Assembly: GCA_023245035.1 (NCBI GenBank)
Contig: JAHFLD010000002.1
Location: forward strand, 67,297 to 131,296
DNA: 64,000 bases
Origin: Candidatus Harrisonbacteria bacterium
Lineage (GTDB): Bacteria; Patescibacteriota; Minisyncoccia; UBA6257; 1-14-0-10-40-38
Direction of reading: 5' to 3'
Under the pieces are notes generated by a model, which saw nothing but the letters and a program-made list of their open reading frames with translations, had not been told where the DNA came from and did not search any database. A program made the position numbers and the translations under genes. Below, piece after piece: positions 50,455-60,585 of this stretch (the first letter of the stretch is position 1; each line of letters begins with the position of its first letter).

Positions 50455-50720
50455 CGCTCGGACACATCTCTCTCAAGAGACGGGATAACATCTCTTCCAG
50501 CGGAGATGTTTCCCTGTCTCTCGGCGAAATGATTTCGCTATTCAGCGAAAACCCAGCTCATTTCGCCTGCGAGAACCTCTTGAAGAGAGATGTGTCCTCG
50601 CTGTTGGTGGAAATGAAGCTCCGAGAGCTTCCTGCAAAAGAAAATTCCTCGCTGGATGGAGGAGGCGAAGCTCCGAGAACTCCCCGCGTAATAAAAGTCC
50701 TCACGGTTGGAGGGGTGGAA
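50455..50720. repeat. Repeat family C cluster
   Basis: GGACACATCTCTCT...AGAGAGATGTGTCC IR plus two GCTCCGAGA.CT.CC.GC...AA.TCCTC units like 27061-27095. Confidence 0.7.
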
Positions 50721-50783
50721 TAATGGGTAATAAAAAGCCCCGACGAGAGTCGGGGCTTGGGTGGTGGCGCTACATCATTTGAA

Positions 50784-51308
50784 TCAAGTTCGGGAGGAGG
50801 AGACGGCGAACGCGAAGCCGCTGCTAGGACTCCATCCTTTGTTACCGGCTCCAGCATCGAACGCGTTGAGCCAGCGACCATCCTCTTGACGGCCCATGCC
50901 CAGCATGCATGGACCCTCGGAATCGTTAATGGGTTCGTGCATCACAATGATGGACCACAAGCGCATGGCTTTGATCTCTGCATCAGAGAACTTCTCACGG
51001 ATGAGACAAGCCAGTTCGGCGCTCGGTACCATGAGCTTGCGATGCTTGGCCTCGGCGTGGATCTTCGACAGCATCCTGTTCTCGGTCCTGAAGAGAGAAC
51101 TTTTCAAGACTGCGACTTGGGTTGTTACGCCACTTGTCGGCTTGAAGTCCGACGAGCAGAGCACCTCCTCAGCGCACGTTCCAACTTTGAAACGCTTTTT
51201 CCAGTCCTCGCCCTTCGTGCCGTCGCTCGTAACCGAGAAGTAGATGACGCCGTCTTTTTCGTGCCATCGTGGCTTCCTCTTGCATTGGATCGTCTTCAGT
51301 TTTGCCAT
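50784..51308 (-). CDS. Hypothetical protein
   Basis: ATG 51308 after GAGG; terminator 50731-50758. Confidence 0.75.
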   Translation of the reverse strand: MAKLKTIQCKRKPRWHEKDGVIYFSVTSDGTKGEDWKKRFKVGTCAEEVLCSSDFKPTSGVTTQVAVLKSSLFRTENRMLSKIHAEAKHRKLMVPSAELACLIREKFSDAEIKAMRLWSIIVMHEPINDSEGPCMLGMGRQEDGRWLNAFDAGAGNKGWSPSSGFAFAVSSSRT

Positions 51309-51510
51309 TAGAATCCTCTTTCTTGGGTTTTTAATTATCCGAGTCGCTCGGGTCAGTGTTTTCGCCTCATGATGAGGCGGGTCAAGGTTGTCAACGAACG
51401 CTGGCACTTTAGCACGGCTTTTGCTTTTTTGTCAATGGCTTAAAGGCTTAAAGAAGTGTAGTGCAAAAATCATAAGATTAGTGCTTTCTGCTAGAAAAAA
51501 AAGCCCCGAC

Positions 51511-51771
51511 TTAAGTCGGGGTTGGGGGAGCGGATTTGCGGAAGAAGTGGCTGATGCCAAACTCCCGAACCCAGACCCAGAAGACGAGCGTGATGCCGGC
51601 GAAGGCGAGCGGATACCATGAGGGGATCGTGGCGAGGTGTCCGATTGCGAGGCTCACGATGAGGTGGACGTCGATCACCAAGGTGGCGGTGTAGATTGCC
51701 GAGACGAGGATTTCTCCCGCGAAGACGATGCCGCGAACCAGCGCGTAGACGAGGCAGGACAGCAGTTCCAT
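51511..51771 (-). CDS. Hypothetical membrane protein
   Basis: AAGGAG SD; hydrophobic. Confidence 0.65.
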   Translation of the reverse strand: MELLSCLVYALVRGIVFAGEILVSAIYTATLVIDVHLIVSLAIGHLATIPSWYPLAFAGITLVFWVWVREFGISHFFRKSAPPTPT

Positions 51772-51786
51772 GAGGTTCTCCTTGGG

Positions 51787-52044
51787 TTATCGGGTTCGGT
51801 TCTTTTCTCTTTCGAAGTCGTGTATCTCGCGGTAGTTGTACAGGCCGATCTGAAGAATTAGACCTCCGGTCGTCGAGACTAGACAGAGCAGATACGTTGA
51901 TTCTCCGGATAGTTGGCCGTAATACTGGCCAAGTTCAGAGAGACGCGTGTTCGGAAACTCCCTAGCGAGGGCGATGTGGTAGCCGATCACGAAGATCGTG
52001 GTTACAAGCAGAAGGTAGACACTGACGCCGATCAGCTTTTTCAT
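51787..52044 (-). CDS. Hypothetical membrane protein
   Basis: Two TM segments; boxA-like leader. Confidence 0.65.
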   Translation of the reverse strand: MKKLIGVSVYLLLVTTIFVIGYHIALAREFPNTRLSELGQYYGQLSGESTYLLCLVSTTGGLILQIGLYNYREIHDFEREKNRTR

Positions 52045-52139
52045 CGCTTCTTTTTCGCTGTTAAAGAACTGGTTTAATCGGTTGCTTCCGATTATGGCTC
52101 GATTATAGCACGTGGATTTGTTTTGTCAATGATACGCGG

Positions 52140-53705
52140 CTAAAGTTTGAAAATTGCTTGGCCTAGTGATTCAAATACCGGAAGGTATCGGTTGTCGCTT
52201 TTGACATAGGCGTAGAATTTGGCGTTGCGGCTTTTTTCCACAACGACATAGCTGGCCTGGAATTTTTTAGTCAGGACTTCGTAGGTGTCCTCCAGATCGG
52301 CGGCGGCGCATTCGGTGGCCGGACAGGTTACGTTCGTGGTATCGCCGGTGTTTAAGTAATAACCGCGCCAGTATTGGACTTCGCTAAACGAGTATTCAAA
52401 AATCGGATCCATCCCGCGGATGTAGCGTCCGTTTGGATTCCAGAAAAAAAGTTTGGGGAAAATGTCCCAGTAGACGTTGTAGATTATGGTTTGCGGGGGA
52501 GTATTTTGCTTGAGCCACAGGCCAACTTCTTTGAATTCGTTGGGGTCATTTCCGGTTTTAAGACTTCGCGCGTGAGTAAAAAATCCATAGGGTATCAGCA
52601 GTAATAAGATTATAACGCAGGCGGCAGCGAAGTTGCGATGATAAGTTTGGTTGGTATTAGCGGATCTGACTTTGGCGAGAACCAAGCCGCAGAGCGTAGC
52701 TCCAAAAACCGCCCAAAGGTCGTAAAAGCGCCGTGCGAGAAACATGGTCATTAAAAAATAAGCAGTGGAGATAATCGCGGTTCCAAGCAAGAGCGCCCGG
52801 CGGTTTGTCTCGGTGGTAGCCTTTTTGAGTTGGAAAAATTCTTTGATTGCGAGGTACAGGGCCCAAATCCAAACCGCCGTAAATGGCAGGAAGTTTTTGC
52901 CGAAAGTTCCCCAGTCGAGCGGAAAGAGCTCCTTGCCAAAGAGAAGCGGGACGCCCCGAAGTTTGGCGGCGAGCAGTTCGAACATTTGAACGTAGACGAG
53001 ATGAGCCGCGCCGATGGGGTTGGGACGCAGGAGCCAGGCGATTGCGAGGCCGAGAATGACACTAATAAGTTCGCGCCAAAGTAGCTTGCGTTCGGCAAGA
53101 TACCGAGCATCGATGGCTATCATGGCCGAAAGCAGGGGCAGCCAAAAAAGGCTTAGGTGCAAAAATGCCGAGGCAAAAGCAGTCAGGCCAATCAGCCAAA
53201 GTTTTGATTTCTTGGCAGAGAAGACAAGAGCGAAAATGAGAAGCGAGAGACTGCTGGTGAGAACGTGCGGGCGGGTCATGGCGAGGTGAAAGATCACATT
53301 GGGTGCCGTAAAAAGCGCGGCGAAGGGCAGGGCGAGGGCGTAGCGCAAACGCAAAAGGCGGAAGGCTAAGGCGCAGATTAAAAGAAAAACGGCGGTAATC
53401 ACGATGCCGGCGAGTTTAATTCCGAGTATCTCGTTCTGAATTAGAGTGAAAGGAATAAGCGCGAGATGAAAGCCATACCAGATGTCGCCGCCAAATTTGG
53501 CGACGACCGAAAGCGGCAACCAGGGAAATTCGGCGAAGAACAAGCCTCGTTCGCGATATTCGGCGGCGTGGCGGAAGTGATAAAAGCTGTCGGAGTCGGG
53601 AAGGTTGGGACTTTGAAAATGAAGGATGGCGCTAACGGCTAAGGCCAGCAAAGTAAAAGCCGTCCAAGACCAAATCTTTTTATGCTGGAGTATTTTCTGC
53701 AACAT
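52140..53705 (-). CDS. Polytopic membrane protein, probable GT-C glycosyltransferase
   Basis: N-terminal D.D..YH loop, about 11 TM segments, soluble C-terminal domain. Confidence 0.65.
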   Translation of the reverse strand: MLQKILQHKKIWSWTAFTLLALAVSAILHFQSPNLPDSDSFYHFRHAAEYRERGLFFAEFPWLPLSVVAKFGGDIWYGFHLALIPFTLIQNEILGIKLAGIVITAVFLLICALAFRLLRLRYALALPFAALFTAPNVIFHLAMTRPHVLTSSLSLLIFALVFSAKKSKLWLIGLTAFASAFLHLSLFWLPLLSAMIAIDARYLAERKLLWRELISVILGLAIAWLLRPNPIGAAHLVYVQMFELLAAKLRGVPLLFGKELFPLDWGTFGKNFLPFTAVWIWALYLAIKEFFQLKKATTETNRRALLLGTAIISTAYFLMTMFLARRFYDLWAVFGATLCGLVLAKVRSANTNQTYHRNFAAACVIILLLLIPYGFFTHARSLKTGNDPNEFKEVGLWLKQNTPPQTIIYNVYWDIFPKLFFWNPNGRYIRGMDPIFEYSFSEVQYWRGYYLNTGDTTNVTCPATECAAADLEDTYEVLTKKFQASYVVVEKSRNAKFYAYVKSDNRYLPVFESLGQAIFKL

Positions 53706-53771
53706 CTTCTTTTTACTCTAGCACTCAATCCGGAGTAAAAAAAATCCCCCGCGGTGGCGGGGGTGGGCGCA

Positions 53772-54866
53772 TCAAACGACGTGCCAAGCGAGCGTTTCAT
53801 CGGCGAGAAATGGTCTAATTACGTTACTAGAACCACTTGGGGGAAAATCTTCGTTTCTAATATAGATGCGAGGCACTTTCCACGATTCCTTGACGAGCGT
53901 AATTCTGGCGTCACTCACAAGCAGTTCCTTGGTTAGGTTGTAGAAGTTGCTACCGTGGGTGGCTACAAAATCTTCCAGCTTGTCCAGAGCATTCATTCGG
54001 TCAAAAACATCGGCGAGAATCGGCAGGGCGACCGGAGCAGTGAAGCAACCGGCGCAAGCTTGGACGCATTCTTTATCACTTATCGAATGGGGAGCGCTAT
54101 CACTGCCGAAAAAGAACTTGGGGTTGCCGGAAGTGGCCGCGTGGCACAAGGCCTGGCGATCAAACTCATGCTTGGCAATCGGCTTGCAGAAGTTGTGTGG
54201 AGACAGCTTGCCTTGAGACTGCTTGCTATAACCAATCACATCATCAAGTGTGAGTACCAAATGATGAGCGGTGATGGTGGCGGCGACGTTTGCCGGAAGC
54301 GAATGAACCGCTTGGACCGCGTCGAAAGTGGTGATGTGCTCCAAAACAATTCGGAGACCCGAGAACTTGATGGCGATCTCTCTTAGTTGTGGAAGGAAGG
54401 CGGCTTCGCGGTTTAATCCCGCAACGCCGTGATTAGGCGATTCGCCGTGAAGGCAAAGCACCAAGTTGCAATCCGCCATGGTTCCAAAAACCGGGTAGAG
54501 ATCCTTGAAGTTACTAACTCCGTTATCGGAGTTAGTGGTAACACCTTCGGGATAGAGCTTGCAGGCGACGACGATTCCTTCGCGGGCGGCTTCGGTGATG
54601 ATCTTGGGTGTTGTTTGGGGCGTAATCTGCAGAGTCATCAGCGGGCAGAAATCTTGAGCAAGAGGATCTAAAGTTCGCTGGATCTCTTGGTAGTAACCAG
54701 CGGCGTCTTGTATGGTCAAAATCGGATGTGGTCGGGTGTTGGGCATAACCAGCACGCGGGCAAAGTTTTTTGCCGTGAGCGCGGCGACTAGGCGCAAGAT
54801 CTTGCCTTGTCGTAGGTGAACGTGAAAATCATCGGGACGGCGGATCGTCAGTGTTGATACTGGCAT
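53772..54866 (-). CDS. pyrC: Dihydroorotase (E. coli-like short type)
   Basis: PDDFHVHLR, VMPN, KLYP.G.TTNS, LEHITT, CKP..K, GSDSAPH; AAGGAGG SD. Confidence 0.93.
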   Translation of the reverse strand: MPVSTLTIRRPDDFHVHLRQGKILRLVAALTAKNFARVLVMPNTRPHPILTIQDAAGYYQEIQRTLDPLAQDFCPLMTLQITPQTTPKIITEAAREGIVVACKLYPEGVTTNSDNGVSNFKDLYPVFGTMADCNLVLCLHGESPNHGVAGLNREAAFLPQLREIAIKFSGLRIVLEHITTFDAVQAVHSLPANVAATITAHHLVLTLDDVIGYSKQSQGKLSPHNFCKPIAKHEFDRQALCHAATSGNPKFFFGSDSAPHSISDKECVQACAGCFTAPVALPILADVFDRMNALDKLEDFVATHGSNFYNLTKELLVSDARITLVKESWKVPRIYIRNEDFPPSGSSNVIRPFLADETLAWHVV

Positions 54867-55879
54867 TGATTGCCTCCTTTCTTTTCGGGGAAGATGTGGC
54901 AGTAAACTTGATAGGCGCTTTTGATGACTCGCGCGAGCCGCCAGGGACGAAGAATCGCAATGGAACCCAAGGAGATTGCCGAGGCGCCGGAGCCAGCCAA
55001 TCTTTTTAGATCGCCTTCGCTCATCACTCCGCCACCGGCAATGATTGGCTTTCGGATTGAGGCGTCGTTTCTGGCTTGATGTACCCATTCGCGAACCGGT
55101 TCAAAAATCGGAGAGCCGGAGAGTCCGCCGCCGCCGTACTTGGCGAGAGGCGACTCTTGACTGCCAAACAAGCCGGACCAATTGATTTGCGCGGGCAGAC
55201 TTCCCCAGGGAATCGTGTTGGAGACGCACAAGGCGTCGCAGGCTGAGTGGTCGCTGATCTGGCGCGCGATGCTCGGTGGCGTGAGAATATTTAACTTTGG
55301 CACTAGCGGGACATTTAGTGAGCGAAGCGTGTCGAGTGTGGCATGAACTTCGGCAACGAAGGCCATGCCTTCAGTTGGGCCGTGTTCGGTGTTGGGACAG
55401 GAGAAGTTGATCTGCAGGCCAAAGGGCGCTTTGAATTGCGAGGCAAAGACTTGGAGATACTTAAGAAAGTCCCTGGTTTCCTTTAGGCGCAATTCTGGCG
55501 TGGTGGCGGTGGTGGCGAAGGAGAGAAAAAATGGGCTAGTGCGTTCAATCCACGGATTACATGGTCCATTTTTTGCCAGCAGAAACAAGGCGCCGGGGCC
55601 GGACAGGCCGACGGCGTTTAACACCGCCGCTTCCCGAAAATTGACGCGAATGCAGTCGGGAAAAAGTTTTCTTACGGTCAAGCCGTCATCGCCGAGTTGC
55701 ATGTTGCCGCGACGCGATTCCAGAGTCGTGGTCTTGGCAGTGAAGGTGAGTCCATTAAAGTCAAAACCAAACGGAAAGAGTTTGCGAAACCACTTGTGAT
55801 GAGGATAGCCCTCACCATAGAATCCTTGGACGCCGGAGGCGCCAATCACCGGACCGAAATCTATGTCGTGCAAGCGCAT
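54848..55879 (-). CDS. pyrD: Dihydroorotate dehydrogenase-like protein
   Basis: KTTT, NAVGLSGPG, NFSCPN, SNT, GGLSG, IAGGG. Confidence 0.85.
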   Translation of the reverse strand: MRLHDIDFGPVIGASGVQGFYGEGYPHHKWFRKLFPFGFDFNGLTFTAKTTTLESRRGNMQLGDDGLTVRKLFPDCIRVNFREAAVLNAVGLSGPGALFLLAKNGPCNPWIERTSPFFLSFATTATTPELRLKETRDFLKYLQVFASQFKAPFGLQINFSCPNTEHGPTEGMAFVAEVHATLDTLRSLNVPLVPKLNILTPPSIARQISDHSACDALCVSNTIPWGSLPAQINWSGLFGSQESPLAKYGGGGLSGSPIFEPVREWVHQARNDASIRKPIIAGGGVMSEGDLKRLAGSGASAISLGSIAILRPWRLARVIKSAYQVYCHIFPEKKGGNQCQYQH

Positions 55880-56136
55880 AGCGGCTCCTGTTCCAGAAAC
55901 TTGGCAGATGTTGTCAAAGAACGCTTGATAGATATAACAGAAAATGGACGTTATAAGCAAATTGCCAAGCTTGGATTAAGATTGCTGTAAAGTCACGAAA
56001 AATTATCTACCCGTATCGAAAGCCAGTCCGACATAATGTCATTCGGGCAAGGTGCTTTCGGCCGGGCGAAAAATACTAGCAATAAGAGAGGATAAAAAAA
56101 TCCCCCGTTTTTGGCATTAACGGGGGGAGGTAGGAA

Positions 56137-56979
56137 TCACTCTTGCTTAAAGGTGACGAGCGGACAAATCTTTTGCCTCTTGGCCTGCCACCAGAGCTTG
56201 AAAATGCTTGGCTTTGGTGAGGCCGCACTTCTTGCCTTGGAATCATCGCGGCGATCTTTCCAATCATCAATCGCGTCTGCGATTCTGCTCTTCATCCTAA
56301 CTAGAGAGTATAGTGACCACAGGAACCAGCCTCTTTTTGTCGGTTTCCTTTGGTTGGCTATGATTTTTTGGTCAAGCCAGTTCTCGAGCGCCATAACGAG
56401 CTTGCGGATGCCTTGTTTGCTCTTGTTGACGACGGTGAAAGTGGCTATGAAGAACAGACCAAGCAAAACCAGAAAGACTAGCGAGCTTGTGACTGCGAAC
56501 AAGAGCCAAACCGCGCCATGGAACAGCCCTATGTCGGTGTTGGTGGTTGCATTCCGGTAGATTTCCACATTAGCCCGGATGTACAAAACAAGCAGCAGGT
56601 AGGATTCTACGAAGACGAAGTATTCCGGACGCAGTTCAAAGCCGAAAAAGCGGAGATCTTCTTTCCACCAGCGCATTTTGACCTTGAGGCGGAACGGCCG
56701 CGGGAATTCTCTGGGAAGGCCGAGTGGCAGGAGGAGAATTACGCCGATTCCCCACAGACAATATTGAGGAATGAGAATGACGCTTGCCATAAGAAGGCCC
56801 ATCGCGCCCATCAACAGACCCAATACCAAGTACCAGAAGTAAGCACAGAGATTTGTTTGCGGAGGCGGTTGCTTCTTGAAGTTCACGAGCTCATAGCCCA
56901 ACTTGAAGCAGTGGTAGTGCCATGCCTTTTCCGAAATGGAGACAGCGCCATTCGGAGGCGCGCCGGAGGCTTCACTCAT
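56137..56979 (-). CDS. Hypothetical membrane protein
   Basis: GGAG SD, several TM segments, NLCAYFW and KICP. Confidence 0.75.
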   Translation of the reverse strand: MSEASGAPPNGAVSISEKAWHYHCFKLGYELVNFKKQPPPQTNLCAYFWYLVLGLLMGAMGLLMASVILIPQYCLWGIGVILLLPLGLPREFPRPFRLKVKMRWWKEDLRFFGFELRPEYFVFVESYLLLVLYIRANVEIYRNATTNTDIGLFHGAVWLLFAVTSSLVFLVLLGLFFIATFTVVNKSKQGIRKLVMALENWLDQKIIANQRKPTKRGWFLWSLYSLVRMKSRIADAIDDWKDRRDDSKARSAASPKPSIFKLWWQAKRQKICPLVTFKQE

Positions 56980-57084
56980 TTGATTCTCCGTGTAAGAGTT
57001 GTTAACGAACCGGCCTTAGATTATCCTAATTTGCCGGATATTGCAACTATTGCCAAATTGGATTTTTTGATGTTAAATCAAGAA

Positions 57085-57801
57085 ATGAACTTGGCCGATA
57101 AACCGACAAGAATCAATAAATACCTGGCGCATCGCGGTCTTTCCAGCCGGCGGGAGGCCGACGCCTTGATCGCTTCGGGGCAGGTTAGAATTAATGGCCG
57201 AGTGGCCAAACTTGGCGATCAAGTTCGCCAAAACGACAAGGTTGAGGTTGGGCGCGGGTTTGAGGCGCGGGCTCAAGCTCGGCGTTATTTTTTGTATCAC
57301 AAGCCGGTTGGCGTGGTGGCGGCGTTGCAAGACGACCAGAATCCCACGATTACCGAAAAATTATCCTTGCCTGACGGGATGTATCCGGTTGGCAGATTAG
57401 ACAAGGATTCGCACGGTCTTTTGATTTTGACTAATGATGGTCGGGTGGTGGAGCGGCTTTTAAGTCCGAACGCGGAACATACTAAAGAATATTTAGTTAC
57501 CGTCAATAAGGTCTTGAGGCCATTTTTTTTGCGGCACCTTGAGGAGGGAGTAAACATTGAGGGATATCAGACAAAACCGGCGGTAGTAGAGCGGATAAGC
57601 GACAACAAGTTTTCTATAAAACTAACCGAAGGCAAGCGACATCAAATTCGCCGGATGTGCGCGGCTTTTGGCTATACGGTCATTGATTTGGCGCGGAATC
57701 GGATTTTGGGTTTGCAACTTAGCAGATTGAAACCAGGCGAGGCGCGGGAGTTTACCGCGAAGGAGCGGGAGCTGTTTTTGAATAGTTTGGGGCTGAAGTA
57801 A
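57085..57801 (+). CDS. rRNA pseudouridine synthase, RsuA/RluB/F family
   Basis: S4 domain RINKYLA..G..SRREAD, VGRLDKDS.GL, EGKRHQIRRM. Confidence 0.93.
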   Translation: MNLADKPTRINKYLAHRGLSSRREADALIASGQVRINGRVAKLGDQVRQNDKVEVGRGFEARAQARRYFLYHKPVGVVAALQDDQNPTITEKLSLPDGMYPVGRLDKDSHGLLILTNDGRVVERLLSPNAEHTKEYLVTVNKVLRPFFLRHLEEGVNIEGYQTKPAVVERISDNKFSIKLTEGKRHQIRRMCAAFGYTVIDLARNRILGLQLSRLKPGEAREFTAKERELFLNSLGLK

Positions 57802-57942
57802 AAAGCGGGGGTTATGATTTTTTTGAGCTTAAACTGAATTGATACATACTGATTAACGTTGCGGAAAAGGTGAAAATGAGCTATCCTTTTCCAGTGGCAT
57901 ATAAACAGTCTGGAGCTCTCCAGACTGGTTTGTTGTTTATAT

Positions 57943-59454
57943 ATGAAGAAATACGATCACGGAGACGTAATAATTCGCTTTGACCAGGCGGTTTTCGGCT
58001 ATGGGTCGAATCACCCTATTTTGAACGGGGCTAGTTTTTCTTTGCGCGAGGGAGCGAAGATTACGCTCATGGGGCAAAACGGCGCCGGCAAGACGACCAT
58101 TTTTGGCTTAATCCAAGGACGACATCCGCTGGATGATGGTTCGGTTCATATCCGACAGGGCGCTACAATCGCAACGGCGGCGCAGGTTGTATCTCGGGAG
58201 GATTTGGAAAAAAACGTGCGGGAGTTTTTTGAGGGCGCGTTTAATACCAAGGTCTACGATATTGAGCCTCGGATTAAAAAGATTTTAGAGGTAGTGCATT
58301 TAACGGCGCCGTTTGATAAAAAAATCAAAGAGTTTTCCGGCGGACAGCAGGCTCGGTTGCTGTTGGCTTTCGCTTTAATTCAAAATCCGGATATTTTGCT
58401 TTTGGACGAGCCGACGAATAATTTGGACGCGCAGGGGATTGAGCACCTGACTCAATTTTTGATTGACTACAAAAAAACCTGCATTGTAATTTCTCACGAT
58501 GCCAATTTTTTAAACGCTTTTACCCATGGCGTGCTATATCTGGATATTTTTACCAAGCAAGTTGAGCAGTATGTCGGTGACTATTTAAAAGTAGTGGAGG
58601 AGATCGCGGCGCGAATTGAACGCGAAAGAATGAAAAACGTCCGTTTGGAGCGCGACATCGCCAATCGCAAGGAGCAGATGAGTTATTTTGCCCAGAAGGG
58701 AGGCAAGATGCGCGATGTGGCTCGCAAGATGAAGGAGGCCATTGAAGAGCTGGAGGGCCAAATGGTAACCATGCGGCAGGAGGATAAGACTATTAAGAAC
58801 TTTGCCATTCAGCATCAGAATTTTGAGGCGCTTGATTTTTCGGATACCGCCGGGGCTTTGCTTACAATACAAGCCGTGAGCGTGATTCATAATCACAAGC
58901 CGGTTAAAAAAACGGTGAAGGTGGCCGTGAAAAAAAGACAAAAGTTGCTGATCTCCGGGCCGAATGGAATCGGCAAAAGCACTTTTTTGGAGTCGCTCGC
59001 AGGCGGCAAAAAAGGCCACCATAGCAAGGCAAAATCACTCACCGAGGCGAGTCTTACTTCCGGATTGATAGTCGGCTATTATCGGCAGGATTTTTCGGGA
59101 CTTGATTTTGAGGCGACGGTTTACAAGACGTTGGGCGAGGTGGCGGAAAAAGCCACCGACGAGGAGATCCGCGGGGTGGCCGCCCAGTTTTTGTTTACCA
59201 GCGACTTACTCAAGAACAAGGTTGGCTCGCTCTCCGAGGGGCAGAAGGGGTTGCTGTCGTTTGCCCGTTTTGTTCTGCAGAAGCCCGGGCTTTTGATTTT
59301 GGACGAGCCGACGAATCACATTAATTTTAGGCACTTGCCGGTTATCGCCAAGGCGTTAGACCGATTTGAGGGCGGAATGATTTTGGTGAGCCACATGAAG
59401 GAGTTTGTGGATCAGCTCAAAATTGATGAGACGTTGGACTTGGGGGCGTTGTAG
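57943..59454 (+). CDS. ABC-F family ATPase
   Basis: Two NBDs (GQNGAGKT, GPNGIGKS), LDEPTN twice, no TM. Confidence 0.92.
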   Translation: MKKYDHGDVIIRFDQAVFGYGSNHPILNGASFSLREGAKITLMGQNGAGKTTIFGLIQGRHPLDDGSVHIRQGATIATAAQVVSREDLEKNVREFFEGAFNTKVYDIEPRIKKILEVVHLTAPFDKKIKEFSGGQQARLLLAFALIQNPDILLLDEPTNNLDAQGIEHLTQFLIDYKKTCIVISHDANFLNAFTHGVLYLDIFTKQVEQYVGDYLKVVEEIAARIERERMKNVRLERDIANRKEQMSYFAQKGGKMRDVARKMKEAIEELEGQMVTMRQEDKTIKNFAIQHQNFEALDFSDTAGALLTIQAVSVIHNHKPVKKTVKVAVKKRQKLLISGPNGIGKSTFLESLAGGKKGHHSKAKSLTEASLTSGLIVGYYRQDFSGLDFEATVYKTLGEVAEKATDEEIRGVAAQFLFTSDLLKNKVGSLSEGQKGLLSFARFVLQKPGLLILDEPTNHINFRHLPVIAKALDRFEGGMILVSHMKEFVDQLKIDETLDLGAL

Positions 59455-59531
59455 TTTATGTTGACTATATTTTAGATATAGAGTACTCTTTGGCAAGTTG
59501 CTGCGTACCTTTACAACTCAAGAATAAGGAG

Positions 59532-59954
59532 GTGCCGGTGGCAATTGTCTTGCTATACTTGCTTACGACGGTGGCTGTGGCTCTACTGGTTTCCGTTCCT
59601 CTGGTTATCGCTCATCGAAAGAAACTTCGTGAGGCCGATCGAGTTGCCGAGGAGTTGCTAATCGCAAAGAAGCCGGAGATTACGGCGGAGGTTTTGCGGA
59701 TTTTGAGTGATGGGTCGCCATGTCATATCTCGTTGATTCGAATTTTTTTGGTGGCGGCCGGATTTGAGCTTACTCCGAAAATTCTAGGCTATCTGATGGT
59801 TTGGCTTGAAACCCAGAGTCTGGTCATGGTGGAACCAAATTCTGATTTCTTTCCTGCTGCTAAAGATAGATTCTACAAGCTGCCGGATTGGAAGAGGCCG
59901 CCCAAACCGGTTTCGGGCGAGGCGCCGTTCAATGTGCAACCGTTCGAGGGCTAA
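59532..59954 (+). CDS. Hypothetical TM + winged-helix-like protein
   Basis: AAGGAGG SD before GTG; N-terminal TM; LE..SLV...RFYKL; terminator at about 59973-60004. Confidence 0.65.
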   Translation: MPVAIVLLYLLTTVAVALLVSVPLVIAHRKKLREADRVAEELLIAKKPEITAEVLRILSDGSPCHISLIRIFLVAAGFELTPKILGYLMVWLETQSLVMVEPNSDFFPAAKDRFYKLPDWKRPPKPVSGEAPFNVQPFEG

Positions 59955-60014
59955 CAAGTGCTAGAGTTAGATTTCCCGCGTAGATAAATACGCGGGATTT
60001 TTTTAGCTTATCAG

Positions 60015-60551
60015 CTAACGCTCTTCCATGTTTTTGATCAAAAGGCCATTAGATGAGCGGTTGTCTAAAATAAATTGACTTATAAGAGTATGTGGATTTT
60101 TTTGATAATCATTGTAATGAATGACTAGAAATATGTATTCCTCATTTTTTAGATTTCTATCCAATCGAATCTCTGATCTTCGAATTTGTCCTGGGCCAAT
60201 AATGTTAATATCCGCTTGAGATGTTGTTGCCTCTGGATTTAAAAGATAGGAACGATTGAAATCAGACAGAGTTTCAATTCTAACGTTATTATGGACATTG
60301 TTAGCTGGGGTTTTTCCTGTATTTAGTACTAAAACTGTCAAACAAGAAAAAGATTCACATTTTGATACTGATATACTTGATACGTTTAAATATGCTCTAT
60401 TGAGTAAAATATCTTGCTCTTGCTGTTGTTTGAGATTGGTGTTATCTCGTAAGAGCAGATAGAACGCTATGCTAACAGTTATAATTGATGAGAGTGCTTG
60501 AATCCAGCTAGGGTAGTCTTTCTTCTTGTCGCTTTGGCTTTCGTTGAGCAT
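60015..60551 (-). CDS. Hypothetical AT-rich membrane-anchored protein
   Basis: TM, RAYL.V, NTGKTPA.NV, I.Y.D. Confidence 0.7.
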   Translation of the reverse strand: MLNESQSDKKKDYPSWIQALSSIITVSIAFYLLLRDNTNLKQQQEQDILLNRAYLNVSSISVSKCESFSCLTVLVLNTGKTPANNVHNNVRIETLSDFNRSYLLNPEATTSQADINIIGPGQIRRSEIRLDRNLKNEEYIFLVIHYNDYQKNPHTLISQFILDNRSSNGLLIKNMEER

Positions 60552-60585
60552 GTTTTTGTGTTCTAATAGTTTGTTTTTGTTAATA

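Noticed and set aside
53719-53740. CIRCE-like TAGCACTC
   Set aside because: Only a half-site with wrong spacing; better explained as the -10 region of the minus-strand gene. No CIRCE is seen at groES.
56518-57084. Long N-terminal extension of the pseudouridine synthase ORF
   Set aside because: Overlaps the opposite-strand gene 56137..56979; the S4 domain begins right after ATG 57085.
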